NCBI GenBank assembly: GCA_017536505.1
Contig: JAFXHG010000038.1
Coordinates: 1-63,162 of the forward strand
DNA from: Bacilli bacterium
GTDB lineage: Bacteria; Bacillota_I; Bacilli_A; RF39; UBA660
Length of the DNA stretch: 63,162 nucleotides
Direction: 5' to 3'
Shown here: positions 40,455-49,910 of the stretch, piece after piece
Numbering within the stretch: the stretch's first letter is position 1
Layout of the letters: each line of letters opens with the position of its first letter
Program-made: the position numbers and the translations under genes
Notes under the pieces: model-generated
What the model was told of the DNA's origin: nothing
Seen by the model: the letters and a program-made list of their open reading frames with translations, nothing else
Database searches by the model: none

Positions 40455-41567
40455 CTACTTTAGAACATAAGGTTCATCAACGGTACCTTTTCCAGAAGTT
40501 ATTTTTTCATTGGTATCAATATATATAACGATGTTATAATTTTGATACTTACCAGCTTCTTGACTTCTTATAACTCCACTACTTAAATAATACACTCCAT
40601 ATGTATTATCAGATACAGCATTTACTGTCCAAGTCATTAAATTTAATTCTTTTAAATAATTATAATTTCTACAAGATCTTGAATAAATACTAGTACAATC
40701 AACATCTAAACTTGCTCTAGCAAAATCGTTTATATCTATTAAAGAGATAACTTGATTCGCTAACTTGTTTGTACAATCATAATTTCCTATAGAACCATCT
40801 TCTAAACTTCTTGAATCTACACATACATCTTTAGAAACAATATGTTTTCTAGCATTTTCAGAAATAATCTTATTATTGCTATAATTCTCAATAAGTTTTT
40901 TTAAAACAGTACTATCAGCATATATATTCTTACCAGAAATATCTTCTGTTTCTACATTATATTTATTATCCCAATATTCATCTAAAGATTCTGATTCTGT
41001 TTTTATAAGTTTTGCTACGCCTTTTTCATCAATGTTCATTATTCTATAATTTTTACCGAAAAATTCAATATAATTTTTAACTTGGTCTCCTTTATAAACA
41101 TAATAATTTCCATCTTTATAAAGTCCAGAACCACTAGTAGTTAAATCATTCATTAAAACACTATTTAGTGTTTTTGTTTTATATTCATCGCATTCTAAAC
41201 TAACTATATAATTTAAAAATCCACCTTCGTTTTTTTCAATAGTAGAACCATTTTTTCTAACAGTCACACTACCTTTACAAGAATCATCACCTAGTAAATC
41301 TTCTGTAGATTTTATGTACTCACCTTTAACTAATTCATCTAAATTTACTACTTTAACTTCTGATTCTTTTTTAGGTAATCCACCATTTTCTTTAAAATAT
41401 TTTTCAGCTGAAGATATCATTTTTTCTTCAAATTTTTCTGGTGTAATTTTAGAATTACCACACCCTTGAATAATTGCTAAAAAAATTATTATTACTATCG
41501 GCAACAACAAAATTATACCAACTATTAATAATATTTTTTTGTCTATTTTTTTTAAAGTTTCAACCAT
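40455..41567 (-). CDS. Membrane-anchored Cys-rich surface protein (pilin-like globular domain)
   Basis: N-terminal TM, LDELVKGEYI...C.GSVTV...L.C, ends GKGTVDEPY. Confidence 0.55.
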   Translation of the reverse strand: MVETLKKIDKKILLIVGIILLLPIVIIIFLAIIQGCGNSKITPEKFEEKMISSAEKYFKENGGLPKKESEVKVVNLDELVKGEYIKSTEDLLGDDSCKGSVTVRKNGSTIEKNEGGFLNYIVSLECDEYKTKTLNSVLMNDLTTSGSGLYKDGNYYVYKGDQVKNYIEFFGKNYRIMNIDEKGVAKLIKTESESLDEYWDNKYNVETEDISGKNIYADSTVLKKLIENYSNNKIISENARKHIVSKDVCVDSRSLEDGSIGNYDCTNKLANQVISLIDINDFARASLDVDCTSIYSRSCRNYNYLKELNLMTWTVNAVSDNTYGVYYLSSGVIRSQEAGKYQNYNIVIYIDTNEKITSGKGTVDEPYVLK

Positions 41568-41578
41568 AAATCCTCCTA

Positions 41579-42070
41579 TTATTTATCTTTAACGCACACT
41601 GTTTTAGTATCATTTGGATGCATATTATCAGGACAAACCTTATTTTTTTCATCCTTAAATTTATATGTACAATCTCCATTTAAAAAGCATTTACTACAAG
41701 TAGCGATGTTTGACTTATCGTTGTCATCAGCTACAAAACTAATAATTAATTGAACAATCGTAAATACTAAGAAAACCAACGCACCTGATATCAATCTTTT
41801 TATAAATATTTGTTGACCTTTTTTTATCTCATCTTCTTTTCCTGCTGTTATTCCTTTCATTAAATCAAGCATTCCCATTATAACAAGTAAAACAGGTACA
41901 ACTATTTTTATTACTGTTACAATAGTACTAACAATATTAGGTATTTTTTCATCAATAATAGCACCCTTTATTGAATTTTCACAAGATGCTATATTAGCTG
42001 CAAAAACAGGATTAGCAACTAAAATCATTAAACATAAAACAATAATTGTAAATACTACTTTCTTTTTCAT
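41579..42070 (-). CDS. VirB2/TrbC-like pilin
   Basis: Likely start MKKKVV; signal peptide (PVFA), KGITAGKEDEIKKGQQIFIKRL, CSKCF. Confidence 0.78.
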   Translation of the reverse strand: MKKKVVFTIIVLCLMILVANPVFAANIASCENSIKGAIIDEKIPNIVSTIVTVIKIVVPVLLVIMGMLDLMKGITAGKEDEIKKGQQIFIKRLISGALVFLVFTIVQLIISFVADDNDKSNIATCSKCFLNGDCTYKFKDEKNKVCPDNMHPNDTKTVCVKDK

Positions 42071-42080
42071 TTTACTCCTC

Positions 42081-42869
42081 CTAACATTCATTACTTACAA
42101 AGCAATCTATACAATCAACAATATTTGATACATTCGTGTCAGCAACTATACTTATTAAAAATTTAACTACTATTACCACAAAGAATATTATAGCGCCTAA
42201 TACTAATCTTTTTACAAATATTTTTTGGCCTTTTTTCATCTCGTCTTCTTTTCCTGCTGTAATCCCTTTAAATAAATCAATTGACCCCATTATAACTAAA
42301 ATAATTGGCACTGCAATTTGTATTACATTAACAATCAAACTAGTCAACTTTGGAATTTGTTTAGGTATGTTAGTAACAGCACCTTCTCCATTACCACAAT
42401 TAACTTTATTTATAGAAGATTTGTTAGATGATTTTAGTTCAAAAGCTCCAACAGTTCCTTCCTTAACTTCATAAAGTTCTTTCTGAGAAGTACCAAGAGA
42501 TAAATACAAACTAGGCGCACAATTCTCCCCTTCCAAAACTTCAAATTTTATCAAAATTTCCGAAGGAGAATAGTTATAACTCTTTTTTTTACAATAATCT
42601 CTTACTTGCTGATCACTAAAATGAGATGCATAAATTTTTAATTTTTCACTACATTCTGAAAATGGAGTTATAGTATAAAAAATTTTTTCTGCTTCCATGT
42701 AATTATCATGTAGTATTAACTCTAAACTTAAAGTTTTAGAATATTCCACTTCCCATTCATTTATAGATTTGGCAGTATAATTACAAACAATTCGTTCTTT
42801 TGCATCTACATTACTTAAAAACATTAAAGTAGCAAACAATATAAAAATATATGTTAAAATCTTCTTCAT
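42081..42869 (-). CDS. VirB2/TrbC-like pilin with an N-terminal extension
   Basis: Signal peptide, Cys-containing insert, KGITAGKEDEMKKGQKIFVKRL, CIDCF. Confidence 0.78.
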   Translation of the reverse strand: MKKILTYIFILFATLMFLSNVDAKERIVCNYTAKSINEWEVEYSKTLSLELILHDNYMEAEKIFYTITPFSECSEKLKIYASHFSDQQVRDYCKKKSYNYSPSEILIKFEVLEGENCAPSLYLSLGTSQKELYEVKEGTVGAFELKSSNKSSINKVNCGNGEGAVTNIPKQIPKLTSLIVNVIQIAVPIILVIMGSIDLFKGITAGKEDEMKKGQKIFVKRLVLGAIIFFVVIVVKFLISIVADTNVSNIVDCIDCFVSNEC

Positions 42870-42880
42870 ATAATCACCTA

Positions 42881-43303
42881 TTAATCACATTCATTTTTTA
42901 TAAAACACTCTGCACAATCTATTATATCACTTGATGTGTTATCTGCAACTACACTTATTAAAAGTTTTACAACGATAAAAACCAAGAAAACTAAAACAGC
43001 ATATATAAGTCTTTTAATGAACAATTGTTGACCTTTTTTTATTTCATCATCTTTTCCTGCTGTTATGGCTTTCATAAAATCTAATGACCCCATTATTACA
43101 AGCACAATAGGAACAGCTATTTGAATTATTGTATAAATAATACTAATAACTTTTGGCACCATTGTAGGTATTTTAGTTAACATACCATTACCACAACTAG
43201 TAACAGCAGATGTGTAATTATTATACGTTTCTGCACCAACAATGTCAATAAAAATTAAATTAATTAACAAAATAAAACTAACAATTAAAACCTTTTTCTT
43301 CAT
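42881..43303 (-). CDS. VirB2/TrbC-like pilin
   Basis: Signal peptide, KAITAGKDDEIKKGQQLFIKRL, CAECF. Confidence 0.78.
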   Translation of the reverse strand: MKKKVLIVSFILLINLIFIDIVGAETYNNYTSAVTSCGNGMLTKIPTMVPKVISIIYTIIQIAVPIVLVIMGSLDFMKAITAGKDDEIKKGQQLFIKRLIYAVLVFLVFIVVKLLISVVADNTSSDIIDCAECFIKNECD

Positions 43304-43311
43304 AACTCCCC

Positions 43312-44307
43312 CTAAATTTCACTTTGTTGTTTATTAAATCCAAGTTTAACTAATAATTTATTAAGTTCTGATAATTTTTTAGATCTTTCGTTTAAAGGAA
43401 TTAAATTATAAAAAACTTTTACTCTAGCTTCATACTCAAAATTAGCTACTTCACTAGTGCTAAGTAAACTTTGATTCAATACTATTTTTTTGTTTTTTAA
43501 CCCTTGCAAAGCAGCTGCATTAAGAGTCATCAATTTTTGTAATTTAATAATAGATGGTTCAATTAAATATAATACCTCTTGGCAAAAGCCTTCAGCAACT
43601 ATACTATTATTTATATCAATAATAATTACATCTTTATCATTATGTTTATTAATAACACTACCTATTTCACTAGTAATTGTAGAAACTAAATCCCTATCCC
43701 TAAAATAATTGAAATCAGTTTTATCAACTTCAATACCAACTACTTTATAATGTTTACTTAATTCATTTTTCATCATATATACTAAACTACTCGCACCAGA
43801 TTGTTTAGTAATATTTTTTACACCAATAACCCTAGTACCATAAAATTCTTGTTGTGGTGCTTGTTCTACAACAGGAACTGCTACTTGTGCTTTTGGATTA
43901 GCCATAGCTGCATTACCAAAAGTTGCATCTAATCTATGAAATTGTGCAACATCACGATATGTATTAGGAGTATTGTATAAATATTGAATACCTTCTACAT
44001 TTTTTGTAAAATTATATATTCCCATAGATACTAAATTAGATAAAAAAGTAGGATTACTTGTAGCCTCTGTTCCATCTAACAATAAAATTAACTTTTGCAT
44101 ATCTAAAGAAATAGACAATTTTTGCAGATTAACTATATCAGTATAATTCTTAATTGCAGTAATATCAAGTATCATTCTTTGATAAAAGAAATTTTGAAAA
44201 GTAGCGATAATCTCATCTACTTCAAACTCTCCATTCATATCTTTAATAACATCTATTCCTAAATTTTCTAATAATAATTGATTTTTATTCGATACAATAA
44301 CGTTCAT
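43312..44307 (-). CDS. TadZ/CpaE-like protein (receiver-like N-terminus plus degenerate MinD/ParA domain)
   Basis: Degenerate P-loop VIGVKNITKQSGASSL, VIIID; Tad locus context. Confidence 0.5.
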   Translation of the reverse strand: MNVIVSNKNQLLLENLGIDVIKDMNGEFEVDEIIATFQNFFYQRMILDITAIKNYTDIVNLQKLSISLDMQKLILLLDGTEATSNPTFLSNLVSMGIYNFTKNVEGIQYLYNTPNTYRDVAQFHRLDATFGNAAMANPKAQVAVPVVEQAPQQEFYGTRVIGVKNITKQSGASSLVYMMKNELSKHYKVVGIEVDKTDFNYFRDRDLVSTITSEIGSVINKHNDKDVIIIDINNSIVAEGFCQEVLYLIEPSIIKLQKLMTLNAAALQGLKNKKIVLNQSLLSTSEVANFEYEARVKVFYNLIPLNERSKKLSELNKLLVKLGFNKQQSEI

Positions 44308-44322
44308 TATATCTCCCCTTTT

Positions 44323-44817
44323 TTAATAATCATAAGTTTTCCCAAGTGTTTTTGTTTCTCCATAAACAGGGAAAGTTAATACATCACCGATTATAGGAAC
44401 TTCAAAACGTATAAAAGTAACAACAACATAGTGTTTTCCATTTTTATTTACACTTTTATTCATCTCAAAAACACAGTAATTATAACCATATGTATTAAGA
44501 TTAGCAGATAAATCTGCATCATAATATTTTCCATTTTCATTAGAAATTAATCTATTTCTAATATTTGCACATCTATTAGGCATTGATGCATCATACCCAG
44601 CACTCATTAAATCCGGATTTAATTCATCAACTGCATCATTTACCACATTATCGTTTGTATGGTTATATACTTCATATTTTTCTATAATTTCAACAATTCT
44701 ATTTTTAATTCTATATGCTTTTGAATATGATAGAATACTGATAAAAAGGACTATTATCAATCCAGCAAAAATTATAACTAAATTTAATAACATACTTCCA
44801 CCAATGGAATCTCTCAT
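44323..44817 (-). CDS. TadE-like minor pilin
   Basis: Short leader MRDSIG plus TM; KNRIVEIIEKYE; C-terminal VPIIG..F.VYGET. Confidence 0.55.
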   Translation of the reverse strand: MRDSIGGSMLLNLVIIFAGLIIVLFISILSYSKAYRIKNRIVEIIEKYEVYNHTNDNVVNDAVDELNPDLMSAGYDASMPNRCANIRNRLISNENGKYYDADLSANLNTYGYNYCVFEMNKSVNKNGKHYVVVTFIRFEVPIIGDVLTFPVYGETKTLGKTYDY

Positions 44818-44835
44818 TTTATCACATCCTATTTA

Positions 44836-45309
44836 TTAACAAGAAGCTTTTTGACAAGCAAAATCATATAATCTATTAGTATTAGAAAATATAGGAATAT
44901 TCAACAAATTATTTACTATTGGAATATTGATCATCATATTCGTACTAATTTTATAATAATAATACCATTCATCATCTGAAGTTATTTCTCTACATACAAA
45001 AACACAATAACCATCTGTACCGTTAGTTAAACTAGTACTACACTTATTTCTTTCATTAGAATCAATTCTATTATAATAACTAGTGCAATTAACAGAATTT
45101 CTGTTATATCCTAATGATGTAAGTTTAGTACTTATTTCACTTATTGAATAACTATTATATCCTTCATATTTTTCTATAGTTTCAGTAATCACATTACTTA
45201 CTTTATTACTTTTAAAATAAATAAGAGCTGCAGAAAGGAAAGCAAATACAATTATTATAAAAGTAATTACTATATTTAATGTAACTGTATATCCAATACT
45301 TTCCTTCAT
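44836..45309 (-). CDS. TadE-like minor pilin
   Basis: Leader MKESIG plus TM; ITETIEKYEG, IPIV..PIFSNT; paralogue of the neighbour. Confidence 0.55.
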   Translation of the reverse strand: MKESIGYTVTLNIVITFIIIVFAFLSAALIYFKSNKVSNVITETIEKYEGYNSYSISEISTKLTSLGYNRNSVNCTSYYNRIDSNERNKCSTSLTNGTDGYCVFVCREITSDDEWYYYYKISTNMMINIPIVNNLLNIPIFSNTNRLYDFACQKASC

Positions 45310-45352
45310 ACATTATTACCTCCTAAATTATAAAATAACGTTATGGTCTTGC

Positions 45353-45607
45353 TTAGCTACAAGTCCAGGTTCCATTATTGTTAGAACAAGTTAATGTACT
45401 TTGACAAGTATACCCACCAGCATTATCTGCAGAACATTTTATTCCGCAAGAATTATTAACCCACATTCCTCCAGCTTCCGCACAAGCTGCTTTCATAGAT
45501 GAGCTTTTCATCAAATTATTTACTATTAAAGTACCAACCCCAAGTACTATTGCGATTAATACTATTGTTATTACTGTCATATTTGCTTCTCCTGCTGCTT
45601 CTTTCAT
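45353..45607 (-). CDS. Flp-like major pilin candidate
   Basis: 84 aa, MKEAAG leader plus hydrophobic helix, 6 Cys; own promoter; downstream of tadBC. Confidence 0.6.
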   Translation of the reverse strand: MKEAAGEANMTVITIVLIAIVLGVGTLIVNNLMKSSSMKAACAEAGGMWVNNSCGIKCSADNAGGYTCQSTLTCSNNNGTWTCS

Positions 45608-45640
45608 TTAATCACCTACTTTCGTTATCTATACATTTTT

Positions 45641-45670
45641 ATTATAACACAAATCAAACTTAATTATCAA
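45641..45670 (-). promoter_or_regulatory. Sigma-A promoter of the Flp-like pilin
   Basis: TTGATA-N18-TATAAT with extended -10 TG. Confidence 0.6.
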
Positions 45671-46462
45671 TTAAATTCCCATAAGAATTGTCATTGACAT
45701 AAATAATACTAGTAATACTCCACCACCAGTTACGAATAACATTACCATAGTTCTTTTTTCCATATTTTCTAGACGATCTTTATATTTTATCTCTCTTGCT
45801 TTATTTTGAAGAGATGATACTGTTCTAGAAAACATCATTATTTGTTCATGTTTATCTTCTTGAGATCCTAATCCTAAACGATATAAAAGTCTCATCATTC
45901 TCATAGAATCTCTAACTGGATATTCATTAGCAAAATCAATATAAGGTTGAATAGTTGCATCACCTTCATCTATTTTAGCAACTAATCTTCTAAGTCCTGG
46001 TCTAAATATCTCAGGAGCAGTATCTATACTCCTTGAAAGTGCTACTGGTACAGTATAATGTTGCACAAGTATTTCTAAACTTTTTAAATAATATGGAAGC
46101 ATAGAATCCATATAATGTAATCTTGCTTTATAATAACTTTTTAATTTAGTATACCCACTTTTAAACACCATATATCCTGCAACAAAACAAAATAGTGCGA
46201 ACATATAGTTCAAATATCCTGTTATTGCAAGCATAAATATTAATACGATTGTTATTAATACACCATCTCTTATTCTTCTTGAGAATAATGCATTAACATC
46301 AATATCAGCATCTTTATATCTTACTCTAAGTAAGAATTCATAATCCTTTTCCATTAATTTTTTCAAAAAAGGATTTACTTGATTTATTATACTTTTAGTT
46401 TCAATTATATTATTATACATAAATATAATTACAACTGCGATCGCTACTATTATATATTCCAT
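45671..46462 (-). CDS. TadC-like pilus platform protein (T2SSF family)
   Basis: TM pattern, MLPYYLKSL, second membrane gene after tadA. Confidence 0.7.
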   Translation of the reverse strand: MEYIIVAIAVVIIFMYNNIIETKSIINQVNPFLKKLMEKDYEFLLRVRYKDADIDVNALFSRRIRDGVLITIVLIFMLAITGYLNYMFALFCFVAGYMVFKSGYTKLKSYYKARLHYMDSMLPYYLKSLEILVQHYTVPVALSRSIDTAPEIFRPGLRRLVAKIDEGDATIQPYIDFANEYPVRDSMRMMRLLYRLGLGSQEDKHEQIMMFSRTVSSLQNKAREIKYKDRLENMEKRTMVMLFVTGGGVLLVLFMSMTILMGI

Positions 46463-47364
46463 TATTCAGCCCCCACATTCTCATTGTAAAATTTAGTTCC
46501 CGCAAGCAAGAAATATGTATTAATTACAACTATTAAATGAAGCATAACATTTACATACCACAAATCTAACATCTGTTGATAAGTATCTCCTAACATTATT
46601 TGAACAAGAGCAATCATTAAGTATAATATAAGACCGAAAGTAACAAATTTTTTATAGAATGCTTCTCTATCAATTCTATCTCTATAAACAGCTTCTACAA
46701 GCATATCTATATCTTGAGACATATTTTCTAAAGATTCACTAGAGTCTTTACTACCTTCATTTGTTATTTGAAGGAATAATTGATGCATATTTCTTACCAT
46801 ATAATAATCATATTTCTCATTCATATATTCTAATGATTGATTAATAGTCCCGTTTTCATATGCCATATCTATCATAGCTTTTACATCAGCTTTTACTGGA
46901 TCTTCTAATACTCCAGATGAATATACCCCTTCCAAAGCTTTAACAAAACTTTGAGTAGTGGCAAATTCCATAATTACGTTAGTTGTATAAACTTGAATTT
47001 GTTCAAAAATAAATTCACTATATAATCTTTTACATCTCAAATAACTTAAATACGGAACAGCAGCTACAGCAATAAGCGCATATATTATAGAAATAACTAA
47101 ATTATAAAAATATAAATAAGTTATTATTCCTCCACCTAATGCGAATAATATTACTTGTCCTATATATTGCTGAGGCGTATAATCTTGTTTTAATTCCTTT
47201 ATTTTTTTACGAATTTCTTTATATGTATAAGGAGCTACTTTGCTATATAATTTATTACCTTGCTTACTAATAAATTTGTAAGTTTGTTCTCCAACATTGC
47301 TTCTATAAATAATTATAAATATTATTAATACAGCAACTATTATAAAAAGCAAAGTTATATTCAT
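46462..47364 (-). CDS. TadB-like pilus platform protein (T2SSF family)
   Basis: Likely start MNITLL; TM pattern, SFVKALE, directly after tadA. Confidence 0.7.
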   Translation of the reverse strand: MNITLLFIIVAVLIIFIIIYRSNVGEQTYKFISKQGNKLYSKVAPYTYKEIRKKIKELKQDYTPQQYIGQVILFALGGGIITYLYFYNLVISIIYALIAVAAVPYLSYLRCKRLYSEFIFEQIQVYTTNVIMEFATTQSFVKALEGVYSSGVLEDPVKADVKAMIDMAYENGTINQSLEYMNEKYDYYMVRNMHQLFLQITNEGSKDSSESLENMSQDIDMLVEAVYRDRIDREAFYKKFVTFGLILYLMIALVQIMLGDTYQQMLDLWYVNVMLHLIVVINTYFLLAGTKFYNENVGAE

Positions 47365-47374
47365 ATTATCCCTC

Positions 47375-48499
47375 CTATTCAAAAATTATTTCATTTTTTT
47401 GTATTGGTATATTATTTACTACCTTTTCTTCTTTATTGTTTAATTCTTCTTTTATAAAACCATTAGGAAGTTTTACACCTTGAGCTTCTAAATACTCAAT
47501 TAAATATTCACTAGGATTGTTTCTATAAACAGTCCCATCAGGGGATTTTTTATAAAGAGTATTATATTTAGCCTCGTTATCTTTTGTTACATAGAACTCT
47601 GTAACTTCAGCAATTTCTCTAACGAATTTTTTAGAAACCTTATCTTGATATCCTCTTATATATACTCCAAGTTGAATATATCTATAAATTGATTTTAAAA
47701 ATTGATCTATATCTTGATTAGTTTCAAGCAAACTATACATACGATTTGGTATAGAAGCAGCTTTATCTGCATGTATTGTAGATAAAATATAATGTCCTGA
47801 AGAAATAGAATTTCTAACAGCCATTACCGCTTCTGCACTACGAACTTCTGATAGTAATATCCACTTAGGGTTTTGTCTCATACAAGTAACAAGAACATCA
47901 GAGTAACTTGCTATATTATTTGTTTTCATAGCAACTATATCTCTGTTTGGGTATATTCTATCCAAGTGTAATTCCAAAGTATCTTCTATAGTAATCAATT
48001 TTTCATTCTCAAGAGTATTAGCAGCTAAAAACTTAACAAACTCAGTTTTACCACTACCAGTTTCTCCACAAACTATTATATTACAGTGTCCATGCACACA
48101 AGTAATCAAGAAATCTAAAATATCTTCTGTTACATATTGTTCTTTTAATATTTTATTTCTTTCTAAACGAATTTTAGCTGGAGTTTTACGTATAACGCAA
48201 GCAATTCCGTTTCTAGCGATAGAATCGTGCACAAAATTCATACGAAGTTCTGCACTTTCACTATCCAAGAAAGGATGTGCCGCATTAAAACTTTTACCCA
48301 TAACATTCGAACATTGGAAAGCCAATTTTTCCATAAAAGAATTGTTTATAGCAGGATTTTCTATTCTAAAAATCCCCTTAGACAAAGTCTTTAACCAAAC
48401 TTGCCCATTGTTGCTATAAGAAATATCTGTAACATCATCATTTTCTAAATATTCTTTAAGGGGCCCAAAGTCCATTCCCTCAAATATATTATCGTGCAT
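47375..48499 (-). CDS. tadA: TadA/CpaF (VirB11 family) assembly ATPase
   Basis: FGPLKEYL..D.VTDI, GETGSGKT, TIEDTLEL, MRQNP, SEVR, STIHA. Confidence 0.9.
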   Translation of the reverse strand: MHDNIFEGMDFGPLKEYLENDDVTDISYSNNGQVWLKTLSKGIFRIENPAINNSFMEKLAFQCSNVMGKSFNAAHPFLDSESAELRMNFVHDSIARNGIACVIRKTPAKIRLERNKILKEQYVTEDILDFLITCVHGHCNIIVCGETGSGKTEFVKFLAANTLENEKLITIEDTLELHLDRIYPNRDIVAMKTNNIASYSDVLVTCMRQNPKWILLSEVRSAEAVMAVRNSISSGHYILSTIHADKAASIPNRMYSLLETNQDIDQFLKSIYRYIQLGVYIRGYQDKVSKKFVREIAEVTEFYVTKDNEAKYNTLYKKSPDGTVYRNNPSEYLIEYLEAQGVKLPNGFIKEELNNKEEKVVNNIPIQKNEIIFE

Positions 48500-48500
48500 C

Positions 48501-49349
48501 TTACTCCACTACTTGTTGATTGTTGTTTCCTTCAACTGTTTCTTCTCCAGTTGGATTTTCTACTTCCCCTGTAATAACATCTTCTTCAACAGTTATTGTT
48601 TGAGCATCAATATAATCTCTTAAAGTACTACTAGTAACAATTACATAATCGTCAGTAGGTACTGTAGCCCCTCTAGGCGCTAAAACTAAATCAATGTTTA
48701 AGTATTCTGCCTTTTTAAGTAAAATGTAATAATCTTGACTTACAGCAAAACCAATTTTAGATGGAGATCCAATATTTGCAGTATCATCAAATACATTATT
48801 TCCACTACCATCATGAACAACTAAAACTTTTATATTTTTCATTAATTTTCCAAACATAACAGTTCCATTTTCATCAGTAGCTTTCATATAGATATCTATA
48901 TATGTATCAGGTAAAACATTATTTCCTAATGTACTTTCAACGTTAACATCCATATAGTATCCAAGTTCACCTTTTTCATAATCTAATTGTTCAATCCAAT
49001 TTCCAGGTAACTTATCTTCATCCACTAACCATTCTTCATAAAATAAACTGCCAGCAGGAATTGTAACATTAACATTAGTATATCTATCTACTATTAATGT
49101 AATGTTTCTAATTGCATTTTCATCAATCATACTAGCAGGTATTTGTTTATAAACAATAAGTTCATTAGTAATTTTAGTCTTTGGTGCTATCTTTTCTGCA
49201 GCTGTTGGCATATTTACTGGATTAGTTTGTTTCTTTATACTTCCACTATATCCAAAATAAAGCACAACCAATATTACTATAACTAATATAATTGTAACAA
49301 CATTTTTATTTGTAAAAAATCTTTTTAAACCTATCATAAAATTATTCAT
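48501..49349 (-). CDS. RcpC/CpaB-like Flp pilus assembly protein (SAF domain)
   Basis: N-terminal TM, SAF-like AAEKIAPKTKIT, VLPDTYIDIY...NIKVLVV. Confidence 0.75.
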   Translation of the reverse strand: MNNFMIGLKRFFTNKNVVTIILVIVILVVLYFGYSGSIKKQTNPVNMPTAAEKIAPKTKITNELIVYKQIPASMIDENAIRNITLIVDRYTNVNVTIPAGSLFYEEWLVDEDKLPGNWIEQLDYEKGELGYYMDVNVESTLGNNVLPDTYIDIYMKATDENGTVMFGKLMKNIKVLVVHDGSGNNVFDDTANIGSPSKIGFAVSQDYYILLKKAEYLNIDLVLAPRGATVPTDDYVIVTSSTLRDYIDAQTITVEEDVITGEVENPTGEETVEGNNNQQVVE

Positions 49350-49371
49350 CTTCTTATTCTCCTCTCAAATC

Positions 49372-49803
49372 TTAATTTTTATACTTAGTTTCTAATATAG
49401 CATCTATATTATTGACTATATTAAATTCAATAATTTCTCCAGTAGCACTCGTATCTTGTGTACTAGAAACCTTCAAACTAACTTTAGGTGGTGTTTCATT
49501 AACATCATATATTTCAATTAAATATGTATTAGACAAATCAGCATTTTCTGCAAATCTACGAATAAAACTTTCAACAAATTTTTCTTCTTCTATTCTTACA
49601 CATTCACTTTCAGGATCAGATTCCTTACATTTTCTGTAAGTAGCTAAATCCAATGCATCAAACATAGCAGCTTCCGTTGTCTCTTTAAGTAAATTGTAAT
49701 TATGTTGATCTGTTCTTGTTGTATTAGCAAAAAACCAAATAATTCCAACTGCAAGAATCCCTAAAGTGAGAATGGCATATCCCCATATAGATTCTTTCAA
49801 CAT
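49372..49803 (-). CDS. Minor pilin-like protein (DUF5411-like)
   Basis: Leader MLKESIWG plus TM; YNLLKETTEAAMFDA, FVESFIRRFAE, PPKVS. Confidence 0.6.
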   Translation of the reverse strand: MLKESIWGYAILTLGILAVGIIWFFANTTRTDQHNYNLLKETTEAAMFDALDLATYRKCKESDPESECVRIEEEKFVESFIRRFAENADLSNTYLIEIYDVNETPPKVSLKVSSTQDTSATGEIIEFNIVNNIDAILETKYKN

Positions 49804-49910
49804 ATCACCTACCATCTAATAATATAGTCTCTACTATACATAACAATTTTAACACATATTCTGTTTTTTAACAATAAAAAAAACAAAAAAAAGTTCATAA
49901 AACAGAACTT

